From an uncultured delta proteobacterium (GTDB lineage Bacteria; Desulfobacterota; Binatia; DP-6), in assembly GCA_963815115.1 (NCBI GenBank), contig CAWFFN010000005.1, forward strand, positions 416,001 to 480,000: a stretch of 64,000 bases of DNA. Reading direction: 5' to 3'. Numbering within the stretch: position 1 is the stretch's first letter; each line of letters opens with the position of its first letter. The notes under the pieces are model-generated. The model was not told the DNA's origin and did not search any database. It saw only the letters and a list, made by a program, of their open reading frames with translations. Made by a program: the position numbers and the translations under genes. This document shows, one piece after another, positions 1 to 9,828 of this stretch.

Positions 1-667
1 GCTGCTGGAGCGCGAGCAGCTCGCGGCCGTCCCACAGGCAGCCGATGCGGATGTCGAGCTGGTCCCCCAGGTCGATGCGCACGGCGTTGAACCAGAAGTC
101 GTCTCCGAACTCGCCCGAGAGGTAGGTCCAGCGGTGGAACTTGGTCCAGTCGCGCTCGCCACCCCACGAGTGGTCGCGGTGCCCGACGCCCTCGAAGGGA
201 TGGGAGACGCCGCCGAGCGTCACCGTGCCGGTCACGCGCCCGCCCTGCTCGATGTGCCCAGGGAACTCGTCGCTCGGCGGGGTGGGGTATTTGTAGGCCG
301 GGCTGGTGGCGTTCCAGCGCAGGTCGAAGGCGGTCGGGCCGGCGTCGTAGCGCAGCCGGAAGCGCTCGAGCGGTTGCTCGATCTCCACGTGAAGCCCGGC
401 CACCGTGAAGGCGTCGCCGTCGAGCGGCGGGGCCGGCGCGCGGTGCTCGGCGATGGCGTGGACGATCGCGCCCTTGTGGGTGACGAAGAGATAGAGATTC
501 GCGTCGCCGCGCTGCATGTACATCCCGGCGCGCAGCACGACGCCGATCTCGCTGGCCGGGTCGTAGAGGGGAAACCAGTAGCTCTCGCTCCACAGCGGCA
601 GCGCGGTGGGACCCGGGCGGTGGCGACGGTCGTCCTCGGGCGACGCCATGTGGCTCGTGCTCGCCAT
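1..667 (-). CDS. AttH/CrtC/tocopherol-cyclase-like beta-barrel protein; 3' end runs off the window
   Basis: Not in the ORF track because there is no stop in the window. Translated by hand from ATG 667: MASTSHMASPEDDRRH...LWSESYWFPLYD...GHIEQGGRVTGTV...GHRDHSWGGERDW. It starts 2 nt after the upstream gene's stop. Confidence 0.7.
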   Translation of the reverse strand, partial: MASTSHMASPEDDRRHRPGPTALPLWSESYWFPLYDPASEIGVVLRAGMYMQRGDANLYLFVTHKGAIVHAIAEHRAPAPPLDGDAFTVAGLHVEIEQPLERFRLRYDAGPTAFDLRWNATSPAYKYPTPPSDEFPGHIEQGGRVTGTVTLGGVSHPFEGVGHRDHSWGGERDWTKFHRWTYLSGEFGDDFWFNAVRIDLGDQLDIRIGCLWDGRELLALQQ

Positions 668-669
668 GC

Positions 670-2052
670 TCACTCCTTCCGGCCGAGCCGGCCGATCAGC
701 TCCTCGTGCAGCATGAGCAACGTGAGATCGCCGCTGATGCGCAGCTTGCCGTCCATGAAGGCCTGCAGGCGGTCGAGTGTCCCGGCCTGGACCGCATGCC
801 AGTCCGCCGCCTCGGCCTCGAGCGTGGCGTCCGGATCGTCGACGACCCCGCGATGGCGCGTGCCCTCGGCGCCGCGCACGACCACGTACCAGTCGCCTCC
901 GCCCGCGCCGGAGAGCCGGAACTGGAGTCGGACGGGCGCGTCCGGCTGCCGCCGGCCGACGGTCGTGGTGAGTCGCGCCTCGCCCGGCGGCGGCAGATCG
1001 AGGAGGCGGGCGAGCGCCTGGGTGCAGACGTTGTTTGCCTCCCAGTCCGGAGCCGGCAGCGACGCGCCGATGGCGCGCATGCGGATGGCGACCCGCGCCA
1101 GGACGACGCCGTAGCGGAACGCAGCGAAGACCTCGTGCCAGTGTGCGTGCTCCACCGGGTGGCCGGTGAGCTCGGCATAGCGTGCGAGCGTTTCCTCCTT
1201 GCCCGGAATGCCCTCCAGATGGGGCCCCCCGTACCCCTCGTTGTTCGCCCAGTCGAGGAAGCACCACCAGCCGAGATCCGCCTCGGGATCGCCGAGAAAC
1301 GCCATCTCCCAGTCGAGCACCGCGACCACCTCGTCGGCGCTGAACATCAGGTTGGGCAGGCGGGAGTCGCCCCAGCAGAGCGCGATCCGCCGGGGCGTGA
1401 AGGCATTGGCGCGCAGCCAGGCGAGTGACGCGTCGAGGGTCGGCTGGGGTGGGCCGTCAGCGCGCACGAGGCCGAGGAAGTGATCCCAGTAGGCCAGCTG
1501 GAGGTCGAGCGCATCGCGGCCGCGCCCGGGCTCGCCGAGGAAGCCCAGCCCGTGCGCCCGCCAGTCGAGAGCATGGATGCGCGCCAGCATGTCGAGCCCG
1601 TTCCACCACACCCGCGCCCGCCGCTCGGGCGTGGCGTCGTGCACCCAGCCGAAGACGTGGTACGACGGCACCTCGGACGGCACCTCGCCCAGGACGGCGT
1701 CCATGACGTAGAAGGGGCTGCCGAGGACGCCGGGATCGTGCTCGAGCCAGCGCACCCGCGGCACGGGCACGCCGGTGCCGGCGAGCCGCGCCATCACGGT
1801 GTACTGGCGTTCGATGTCGTACTCGGGAAAGACGAGGAAGTCGGTCGGCTCGAGGCGGGCGACCAGGCGCTCGTGCCGCGGCTGCCCTCCGCTGCGGTAG
1901 GCGACGTCGAGGAGGAAGGTCTCGTTCGAGACGCCGGCCTTGGGCGCGCGCAGCGACGAGACCTCGACCTCGCTTGCATCCGGCAGGACGCGGGCAAGCC
2001 AGCCCGTCAGTCCGGTACGGACGCGTTCCAGGTCCCGCTGGCGTCCGAGCAC
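670..2052 (-). CDS. APH/ACAD10-like phosphotransferase with C-terminal SCP2 sterol/lipid-binding domain
   Basis: Kinase motifs GVSNETF, LCWGDSRLPNLMF and AVLDWEMAFLGDPEADLGW; C-terminal AFMDGKLRISGDL is the SCP2 signature. Confidence 0.85.
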   Translation of the reverse strand: MLGRQRDLERVRTGLTGWLARVLPDASEVEVSSLRAPKAGVSNETFLLDVAYRSGGQPRHERLVARLEPTDFLVFPEYDIERQYTVMARLAGTGVPVPRVRWLEHDPGVLGSPFYVMDAVLGEVPSEVPSYHVFGWVHDATPERRARVWWNGLDMLARIHALDWRAHGLGFLGEPGRGRDALDLQLAYWDHFLGLVRADGPPQPTLDASLAWLRANAFTPRRIALCWGDSRLPNLMFSADEVVAVLDWEMAFLGDPEADLGWWCFLDWANNEGYGGPHLEGIPGKEETLARYAELTGHPVEHAHWHEVFAAFRYGVVLARVAIRMRAIGASLPAPDWEANNVCTQALARLLDLPPPGEARLTTTVGRRQPDAPVRLQFRLSGAGGGDWYVVVRGAEGTRHRGVVDDPDATLEAEAADWHAVQAGTLDRLQAFMDGKLRISGDLTLLMLHEELIGRLGRKE

Positions 2053-2064
2053 GGCGTGCGAGGA

Positions 2065-2991
2065 TCAGCGCAGTGCGGTGCGCAGGGCGGCCGCGGCTTC
2101 GGCGACCGATTGCTTCCCCTGGTCGAGCAGCGAGCCCATGGCGAAGAAGCCGTGGATCATGCCGTCGTACCGGTGCAGCGTCACGGGGACGTCGGCCTCG
2201 CGCAGGCGTGCCGCGTACGTCTCGCCCTCGTCGCGCAGCGGGTCGAACTCCGCCGTGATCACGAGCGCCGGCGGAAGGCCCCGCAGGTCGCGCGTGCGGA
2301 GCGGCGACGCGCGCGGATCGGAACGATCGCCGTCCCCCAGGTAGTGGTCGTAGAACCAGCGCATGCCGTCGAGCTCGAGGAAGTAGCCGGTGGCGTTCTC
2401 GCGGTACGACGGCGTGTCGTATCCCGCGTCGGTGGCCGGATAGACGAGAAGCTGGAAGCGCAGCGACGGGGTTCCGCGATCGCGTGCGAGCTGCGACACC
2501 ACGGCGGTCAGGGTGCCGCCGGCGCTGTCGCCACCGACGGCGACCCGCTTCGGATCGCACCCCAGCGTTGCGGCGTTGGCGACCGCCCACGAGGCGGCGG
2601 CGTAGCAGTCGTCGACCGCGGCGGGAAACCGGTGCTCGGGCGCGAGACGATAGTCGACCGCGAGCACCGCACATCCCGCCTGGTTGGCGAGGCTCCGGCA
2701 GACGTTGTCGTGCGACTCGAGCCCGCCCAGCACCCAGCCTCCACCGTGGAAGTAGACCAGGAGCGGCAGCGGGCCGCTGCCCTCGGGCCGGTAGAGCCGT
2801 GCGGGGATGGAGCCCGCCGGGCCGGGGACCGCGCGGTCCTCGACGTGGTGGACCGGATCGCCGGCGCCGACGAGCACGTTCAGCGATTCCATCAGCTGGC
2901 GCGCCTCGGGCACCGCCATCGTGTGGAGCGGTGGCGAGCCCATCGACTCCATCTGATCGAGGAGCATGCGTGCCTGGGGATCGAGCGGCAT
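2065..2991 (-). CDS. HSL-family alpha/beta hydrolase (esterase/lipase)
   Basis: Start MPLDPQA at ATG 2991; HGGGW oxyanion motif, VDYRLAPEH, GDSAGG nucleophile, FDPLRDEG, GMIHGF. Confidence 0.93.
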   Translation of the reverse strand: MPLDPQARMLLDQMESMGSPPLHTMAVPEARQLMESLNVLVGAGDPVHHVEDRAVPGPAGSIPARLYRPEGSGPLPLLVYFHGGGWVLGGLESHDNVCRSLANQAGCAVLAVDYRLAPEHRFPAAVDDCYAAASWAVANAATLGCDPKRVAVGGDSAGGTLTAVVSQLARDRGTPSLRFQLLVYPATDAGYDTPSYRENATGYFLELDGMRWFYDHYLGDGDRSDPRASPLRTRDLRGLPPALVITAEFDPLRDEGETYAARLREADVPVTLHRYDGMIHGFFAMGSLLDQGKQSVAEAAAALRTALR

Positions 2992-3059
2992 GGGCGCGGA
3001 GGATAGGTGCACGCGCGGACGGGCGTCAACCCCGCCGCGTGGGCACGCGAGGACGCCGA

Positions 3060-3815
3060 TCAGCGCAGGCCGGAGGCGCGGAGCTGCTTCAGGTCGGCGC
3101 GCTTCACGGCGCCGCCGTGCTTGCGCTCCTCGCTGCGATGCCCGCGACGATCCTCCCGCCGGAACGCCCGGCTCTTCGTCTTCGACCCGTAGGTCTGGCT
3201 CCACTTCCCGCTCCGGAAGATGATCTGGTATCCGCCGGAGAGGATCTGGAACGGCCGCTTCACCTTGCGCAGGTGATCGAAGCGCGTGGAGTTGGGCTTC
3301 CGGAAGACCTCGAAGTAGGACGGGTACACGAAGTCGGTCATGGGGACGCCCTCGACCTTGTAGCTGAGCGACTCCACCGGGTCGGCGGTCTCGTAGGCGT
3401 ACATGGTGCGCAAGTCGGGGCCGGTCGTCATCATGTTGATCGCCGGGTCGACCAGCATCTCCACCAGCTCGTGCGACGCCGACACGCTCACCAGGTCGCC
3501 GTTCTGGATGGTCGTGCGGACGAAGACCTTCGACAGCGGCAGGCCCTCCGGCGTGAGATCGTGGTAGGCGAGCGCGCCCGGCTGATCGGCGTCGTCGAGG
3601 AACACGACCGCCCAGGCGTTCTTCAGGAACCCCGTGGTCTTCACCAGCCGGGCCGGCGTGCCCCACACCGGCGCGACGTGCCTGTCGACGAACGTCTGCA
3701 TGGCGCGCACCAGCCTGTCGAGATCGACCCCGAGGGGCGTCTTCGCCTGGTTGAAGCACGCGATGGTCGGAACCTGGCCCTGCTCGAACGCGGCGCGAAC
3801 GCTGGCCTTTGCCAT
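3060..3815 (-). CDS. Hypothetical protein with metal-binding-like AYH...SHExxEMLxDP...ExxDP motif (Phi-1/EXORDIUM-like or zincin-like)
   Basis: GAGGAGG RBS and normal codon usage; motifs ALAYHD, ASHELVEMLVDP, YETADPVE, DFVYPSYF. Confidence 0.65.
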   Translation of the reverse strand: MAKASVRAAFEQGQVPTIACFNQAKTPLGVDLDRLVRAMQTFVDRHVAPVWGTPARLVKTTGFLKNAWAVVFLDDADQPGALAYHDLTPEGLPLSKVFVRTTIQNGDLVSVSASHELVEMLVDPAINMMTTGPDLRTMYAYETADPVESLSYKVEGVPMTDFVYPSYFEVFRKPNSTRFDHLRKVKRPFQILSGGYQIIFRSGKWSQTYGSKTKSRAFRREDRRGHRSEERKHGGAVKRADLKQLRASGLR

Positions 3816-3998
3816 GACGACCTCCTCGACGTGGTGGCCGTCTTTCTACGTCCATCTCGCTGCTCCAGTCAACGCAGCGTCCAGCGAGATACCCTGAATC
3901 GCAGCCTGAAAGCCCGGACCGCCGGGTCGCGCACGAGTACCTCCTGCGCTTGACAGCGGACGGGAAGTCGACGCAGGTCGCCGTCGATGGGGGCCGAC

Positions 3999-5513
3999 AT
4001 GTCCGGACGATGGCAGACGGCGGCAGGTGCGCTGACGCTCGTACTCGCCCTGACGGCTGCGCCAGCCGATGCCGCCGCGGGCCCGGGGCAGCGTTGCGCC
4101 TCGACGAAGATCGACGCGACGGCGAAGGCCGCGCTGTGCCTGCTCGCGCTCGACGCGCGGGCAGCGGATGGGCGTGCCGCGGATGCCACGGCGCTCCAGC
4201 GCTGCCGGGATCGCCTCGCCGACCCGGGCCGGGGCGCATTTGCCCGCGCCGATCTCCGCGGCGGCTGTGCCATGGGCGGCGATGCGGCCCCCGTCGAGGC
4301 GCTGGTCGAGGAGCTGGTGAACGACCTCACCGTGGCGCTCGCGGTCGGAATCCCGAGCGGCTGCCAGGCCGCGAAGATCGCGGCGGCCGGCAAGGAGGCC
4401 TCGTGCCTGCTGCGCCTCCGTGCGCGCGAGGCGGCGGGCCGGGCGGTCGACCCGGCGAAGGTCCAGCGCTGCAGAGAGAAGCTCGCCGGAGCGTTCGTGG
4501 GCGCCGAGGCCCGCGGCGGGTGCGCCACCACGGCCGATGCGGGCGCCATCGGGGGCCGCGTCGAGGCGTTCGCCGGGGCGGTCGTCGCTGCCGAGCCCGT
4601 CCTGGCGACGTGCGCGACGGCAGGCTGTCCCGCGCCCCTGCCGTGCGACCCGACGGCCGGGCCGTGCTGGGTTCCACCGGCGCGGAGTCGCTGGCAGTAC
4701 CAGCTCGAGGCGGCGCAGACCGCGGGGGGAGACTGCGCCTTCCCGGCCACGGGCGGCATCGACACCGACGTCGCCGCCGTCCCCTTCACCGGCGGGGGCG
4801 CGGTGCCCCCGGCGGTGTTCGACATCGATTTCCTGGTCGACCCGATCTGTGTGCCGGGGGGAGGCAACGACGTCGACAATGCGGCCGCGGTCGCCGCCAT
4901 CCACGCCGCCGGCGGCAAGGCGATCTGCTACCTCGACGCGGGCACCGACGAGCCTTTCCGCCCCGACCACCAGGCGTACCTCGACTTCGACGCCGCCTGC
5001 GGCGGCTGCCTGCTCGGCAGGTCGGTCGCCGGCTTCGCCGAGGAACGCTGGCTCGACATCGACGACGGGCGGGGCCAGCGCACCTTCGTCCTCGGGCGCG
5101 TCGCCGCGCGGCTCGCGCGCTGCAGGGCAGACGGGTTCGACGCGGTCGAGTTCGACAACGTCGAGGGCTATGCGAACCGGACGGGCCTGCCGCTCTCCCA
5201 GGGCGCGCAGCTTCTGTTCAACGCGGCGCTCGCCAATCTCGCGCACGCACACGGCCTTGCCGTCGCGCTCAAGAACGATCTCGAGCAGATCCCCGCGCTG
5301 CTGCCGTACTTCGACATGGCCATCGACGAGCAGTGCCAGGAATTCGACGAGTGCGACGCGCTGACGCCCCTGGTTGCGGCCGGCAAGCCGGTATTCCAGG
5401 TCGAGTATCGGTCGTCCGCCGCCGACGCGTGCCCGCCGGCCAACGCCGCCGGCCGCAACGCCATCCTGAAGGCGGTCGACCTCTTCGGCGTGCCGTGGAC
5501 GCCGTGTCGCTGA
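3999..5513 (+). CDS. Secreted GH114 endo-alpha-1,4-polygalactosaminidase-like hydrolase with N-terminal paired Cys-rich helical module
   Basis: Signal peptide; RWQYQL, GGKAICYLDAGT.E.FRPD, ERWLDI, GFDAVEFDNVEGY, LKNDLEQI, AIDEQC. Alternative ATG at 3987. Confidence 0.82.
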   Translation: MSGRWQTAAGALTLVLALTAAPADAAAGPGQRCASTKIDATAKAALCLLALDARAADGRAADATALQRCRDRLADPGRGAFARADLRGGCAMGGDAAPVEALVEELVNDLTVALAVGIPSGCQAAKIAAAGKEASCLLRLRAREAAGRAVDPAKVQRCREKLAGAFVGAEARGGCATTADAGAIGGRVEAFAGAVVAAEPVLATCATAGCPAPLPCDPTAGPCWVPPARSRWQYQLEAAQTAGGDCAFPATGGIDTDVAAVPFTGGGAVPPAVFDIDFLVDPICVPGGGNDVDNAAAVAAIHAAGGKAICYLDAGTDEPFRPDHQAYLDFDAACGGCLLGRSVAGFAEERWLDIDDGRGQRTFVLGRVAARLARCRADGFDAVEFDNVEGYANRTGLPLSQGAQLLFNAALANLAHAHGLAVALKNDLEQIPALLPYFDMAIDEQCQEFDECDALTPLVAAGKPVFQVEYRSSAADACPPANAAGRNAILKAVDLFGVPWTPCR

Positions 5514-5528
5514 GCGGGCGCCCGCCGT

Positions 5529-6362
<834 letters not shown>

Positions 6363-6377
6363 GTGGTCTCCCTCTGT

Positions 6378-7301
6378 TCAGCCGACGCGTCGCGAGAGCG
6401 CACGGCCGGCCACGTTGACGATCAGGACGATGACGACGAGCACCAGGGCCGCGGCCCAGGCGAGGTCGATCTGGTTGTCGAAGGGTGAGCCCGAGAAGTT
6501 GTAGATCAGCACCGCCAGCGAGGCCGTGGGCTTCATCAGCTCGCCCAGCGTCTTGGGGAGGAACTCCGGCGCCGAACGGCTGATCCAGTATTCGCTGAAG
6601 AGGGCGGTGAAGAGCAGCGGGGCAGTCTCTCCCGCCGCCCGGGCGACCGCCAGCATCACGCCGGTGGCAACGCCGGGCATCGCCGTGGGCAACACGACCC
6701 GCAGGACCACCTGCGTGGGAGTCGCGCCCATGCCGATGGCGGCCTCGCGCATCCTCGGGGGGACGCGCTTGATCGCCTCCTCTGCCGTCAACAGGACGGT
6801 CGGCAGCATCAGCAGCGCGAGCGCGACGCCGCCGGCCGGCGCCGAGAAGCCGCCGGTCACGACGACTACTGCGGCGAACGCGAAGACGCCGGCGAGGATC
6901 GACGGAAGGCCGGTGAGCACCTTGGCACAGAAGCCCACCGCGGCCGCGGTGCGCGTGTCGGGACCGAACTCGGCGATGAAGATGGCCGCCAGGATGCCGA
7001 AGGGCACGCTGATGGCGGCGGCGATCCCCACCATGACCACCGTGCCGACGATGGCGTTGCCGAACCCGCCTCCGGGGGCGAGCGCCGCCGGCGGAAGCTC
7101 GCGGAACGTCGCCATGCCGAGTGTCCTGCCGCCGCGCGTGATGAGCAGATAGAGGACGGAGAAGAGCGGGATCAGGGCGGCGAAGGTCATGGTCCCGGTG
7201 AGGACGCTCATGGCCCAGCTGAACAGCGAGCGCGGCCGCCGCAGCGAGCGCTCCATGTCGGAGAAGTCTTCCGTCGCCGGCGTCCGCGCCCCGTCGGTCA
7301 T
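6378..7301 (-). CDS. pstA: Phosphate ABC transporter permease PstA
   Basis: GGGFGNAIVGT, LPSILAG, REAAIGMGAT, ARAAGETAPLLFT. Confidence 0.95.
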   Translation of the reverse strand: MTDGARTPATEDFSDMERSLRRPRSLFSWAMSVLTGTMTFAALIPLFSVLYLLITRGGRTLGMATFRELPPAALAPGGGFGNAIVGTVVMVGIAAAISVPFGILAAIFIAEFGPDTRTAAAVGFCAKVLTGLPSILAGVFAFAAVVVVTGGFSAPAGGVALALLMLPTVLLTAEEAIKRVPPRMREAAIGMGATPTQVVLRVVLPTAMPGVATGVMLAVARAAGETAPLLFTALFSEYWISRSAPEFLPKTLGELMKPTASLAVLIYNFSGSPFDNQIDLAWAAALVLVVIVLIVNVAGRALSRRVG

Positions 7302-8386
7302 CGCAGGCCCTTCAGCGCGGCGTCGGCGCGCTGCACGATCGCGGTCCCGACCACGTTCACCGCCAGCGTGATCGCCAGGAGGACCAGCGCGGCATACATC
7401 AGCGCGCCGACCTCCACCCCGCCAGCCTCGGGGAAATGATTCGCCAGCAGTGCGGCCAGCGTGTTCGCGGGCGAGAGCATCGACCAGCTGATCACGTTCG
7501 CATTGCCGGCGAGCATGGCGAGCGCCATGGTCTCGCCCAGTGCCCGGCCGAATCCCAGGATGATCGCACCGAGGATGCCGGTCGAGGCGGTGGGGACGAT
7601 GACGGCGAGGATGGCTTCCCAGCGCGTCGCCCCGAGCCCGAAAGCCGCCTCACGAAGCTTCGGCGGCACCTCGACCAGCGCATCGCGGGAGACGGCGGAG
7701 ATCGTCGGCAGCACCATGATGGCCAGCACCAGCGAAGCCGGCAGGATGCCCGGCCCGCTCAGCGTGGTACCGAACCAGGGAAGCCAGCCGAGGTGGTCGT
7801 GCAGCCAGTTCGCCGGAGGACGGATGAGCGGGATCACCACGAAGATGCCCCACAGGCCGTAGACCACGCTGGGCACGGCGGCGAGGAGCTCCACGGTGGT
7901 CTTGAGCATGTCCTCGATCCAGCCCGGCACCGACGACCAGCCGGGTCGATCGCTCAACCCGACCGCTTTCAGCGCGGCGTCGAGCCCGGCGGCGAGGAAC
8001 CCTTCGCTCAAAAAGATCGCGATGGCGATGCCGAATGCGCTACCGATCGCGACCCCGAGAAACGATGTGTAGAGCGTGCCGTAGATCGCGGGAAGGATGC
8101 CGAACTGTTGCTTGTTGGCGTCCCAGGTCTGTCCGGTGAGGAAACCCGTCCCGTAGTCCCGCATCGCCGGGAACGCCGAGCGCGCGATGTCCCACACCAC
8201 GTAGAAGACCAGGGCCACGGCTGCCCAGGCGACGAGCCGCGTGCCGGAGCGGAAGATGCGGTCGTTCCAGATCTCGCTCGCGGAGGGCGGGCGCGAGATG
8301 GAGTCGGCTTCCGGCGTCGCATCCACGGTGGTCCGGGCGTCCACGTCCCACCTCGATGCCGGATCGATCTCCTCGGGATGGCCCAT
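7298..8386 (-). CDS. pstC: Phosphate ABC transporter permease PstC
   Basis: FGILPAIYGT, ELLAAVPSVVYGLWG, LAIMVLPTI, GRALGETMA; 4-nt overlap with pstA. Confidence 0.95.
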   Translation of the reverse strand: MGHPEEIDPASRWDVDARTTVDATPEADSISRPPSASEIWNDRIFRSGTRLVAWAAVALVFYVVWDIARSAFPAMRDYGTGFLTGQTWDANKQQFGILPAIYGTLYTSFLGVAIGSAFGIAIAIFLSEGFLAAGLDAALKAVGLSDRPGWSSVPGWIEDMLKTTVELLAAVPSVVYGLWGIFVVIPLIRPPANWLHDHLGWLPWFGTTLSGPGILPASLVLAIMVLPTISAVSRDALVEVPPKLREAAFGLGATRWEAILAVIVPTASTGILGAIILGFGRALGETMALAMLAGNANVISWSMLSPANTLAALLANHFPEAGGVEVGALMYAALVLLAITLAVNVVGTAIVQRADAALKGLR

Positions 8387-9432
8387 CAGGAGATCTGTTC
8401 GAGGGCTTTCGTGACCGCGGTGACGACGCCGGCCGGAAGCGGAATGTACCCGAGCTCCTCGCTGAACTTCTGCCCGTCAGTCAGCCCGTACTGGATGACG
8501 CCCTTGAGCGCGTCCTTGATCTTCGGGTCGGCGTACTTCTTGTACGCCAGCAGCCAGGTGTAGGTGACGATGGGATAGGCCGTCGCTGCGGCGGGATCCG
8601 GGATCCACGCCCGCAGGTCGGCCGGAAGCTCGACGCTCGCCAGGGCCGCCTTCTCGCTCTCGGGGTCGGCCTTCACGTACTTGTTGCTCTTGTTCTCGAG
8701 GGTCGCCATCGGCATCTGCGTCTGCTTGGCGTAGCCGTACTCGACGTAACCGACCGCCCCCGGCGTCTGCTTGATCAGGGCGGTCACTCCGGGGTTACCC
8801 TTGCCACCCACGCCGACGGGAAAGTTCACCGACTTGCCCATGCCCGGCCCGCCCTTCCACGCGTCGCTGATCGCGCTCAGGTGCTGGGTGAAGACGAAGG
8901 TGGTGCCGCTGCCGTCGGAGCGCGTCACGGGCGTGATCTTCAGGTCCGGCAGGGTGACGCCCGGGTTGGCGCTCGCGATCTTCGGGTCGTTCCAGCTGGT
9001 GATCTTGCCGAGGAAGATGCCGGCGTACGCCTCGCGCGACAGCTTCAGCTCCGCCGGACCTCCCGGAAGGTTGTATGCGAGGACGACGCTGCCGGCCGTC
9101 ATCGGGAGCAGGACGACGCCGTCCTTGACCGCCGCGATCTCCTCGTCGGTCATGGCCGCGTCGCTGGCGCCGAAGTTGACCAGGCCTTCCTGGAACTGCT
9201 TGACGCCGGCGCCGCTGCCGAGCGCCTGGTAGTTGATCTGAACCTCGGGGTGCATCTTGTTGTACTCGGTGAACCAGCGCTGGTAGAGCGGCGCCGGAAA
9301 GGTGGCCCCCGTGCCCTGCAACGTGACGTCGGCGGCCCGGGCGCTTCCGCCGCCGAGGCCGCAGGTCGCCACGATCGCGGCGACCGTGAGCAGCACACCC
9401 CGGCGGGCCGACTTCGAATCCCTCGTCTCCAT
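8386..9432 (-). CDS. pstS: Phosphate ABC transporter substrate-binding protein
   Basis: ATG 9432 with GGAGG RBS; signal peptide; GTGATFPAPLY, GSGAG, FGASD, RSDGSGTT, GYVEY, YPIVTYTW. Confidence 0.96.
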   Translation of the reverse strand: METRDSKSARRGVLLTVAAIVATCGLGGGSARAADVTLQGTGATFPAPLYQRWFTEYNKMHPEVQINYQALGSGAGVKQFQEGLVNFGASDAAMTDEEIAAVKDGVVLLPMTAGSVVLAYNLPGGPAELKLSREAYAGIFLGKITSWNDPKIASANPGVTLPDLKITPVTRSDGSGTTFVFTQHLSAISDAWKGGPGMGKSVNFPVGVGGKGNPGVTALIKQTPGAVGYVEYGYAKQTQMPMATLENKSNKYVKADPESEKAALASVELPADLRAWIPDPAAATAYPIVTYTWLLAYKKYADPKIKDALKGVIQYGLTDGQKFSEELGYIPLPAGVVTAVTKALEQIS

Positions 9433-9592
9433 ATCTGCCTCCCCAACCAGCGTCCAGGTGGAACAACGGAACTGACGCTCCCCTCGCAGGTTCCGAGGGT
9501 TTCGGTCGCTCGTGCGAGACATCGGGACGGTCGGTTCCCGTACGCGTAGGCTCAAGTAGAGCACAGGGAGGCTGTGGCCGCGTTGCGGGAGT

Positions 9593-9610
9593 ATTACAGT
9601 TGTGTGTCAG
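9593..9610 (-). promoter_or_regulatory. Pho box (PhoB-type direct repeat) upstream of pstS
   Basis: Minus strand reads CTGACAC-ACAA-CTGTAAT, matching the 7-4-7 CTGTCAT-N4-CTGTCAY arrangement, about 160 nt upstream of pstS and in the same orientation. Confidence 0.75.
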
Positions 9611-9758
9611 CATCTGGCGGTGCCCACGGGCATGGCATGCGCAGTCGATCCAGGCTACCGGCGACGGTCGCGACCCGGCGCGGAATGCCCGACCGCACCG
9701 CCGGGGATCGCGTTTCCGGCGCTGGCGCGCCTGACGGCGACCCCTGGCGCGCGAGTTG

Positions 9759-9776
9759 CCGGCACGGCATTTGAAG
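9759..9776 (+). promoter_or_regulatory. Possible sigma54 (-24/-12) promoter variant for the kinase/regulator pair
   Basis: CCGGCACG-GCAT-TTGAA: good -24 element and spacing, but GA instead of GC at -12. Confidence 0.35.
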
Positions 9777-9828
9777 GTGGCGGGAGGCGACGCTACGCTC
9801 CGGCTCCAGAGGAGCCCGGATCGCCGCC

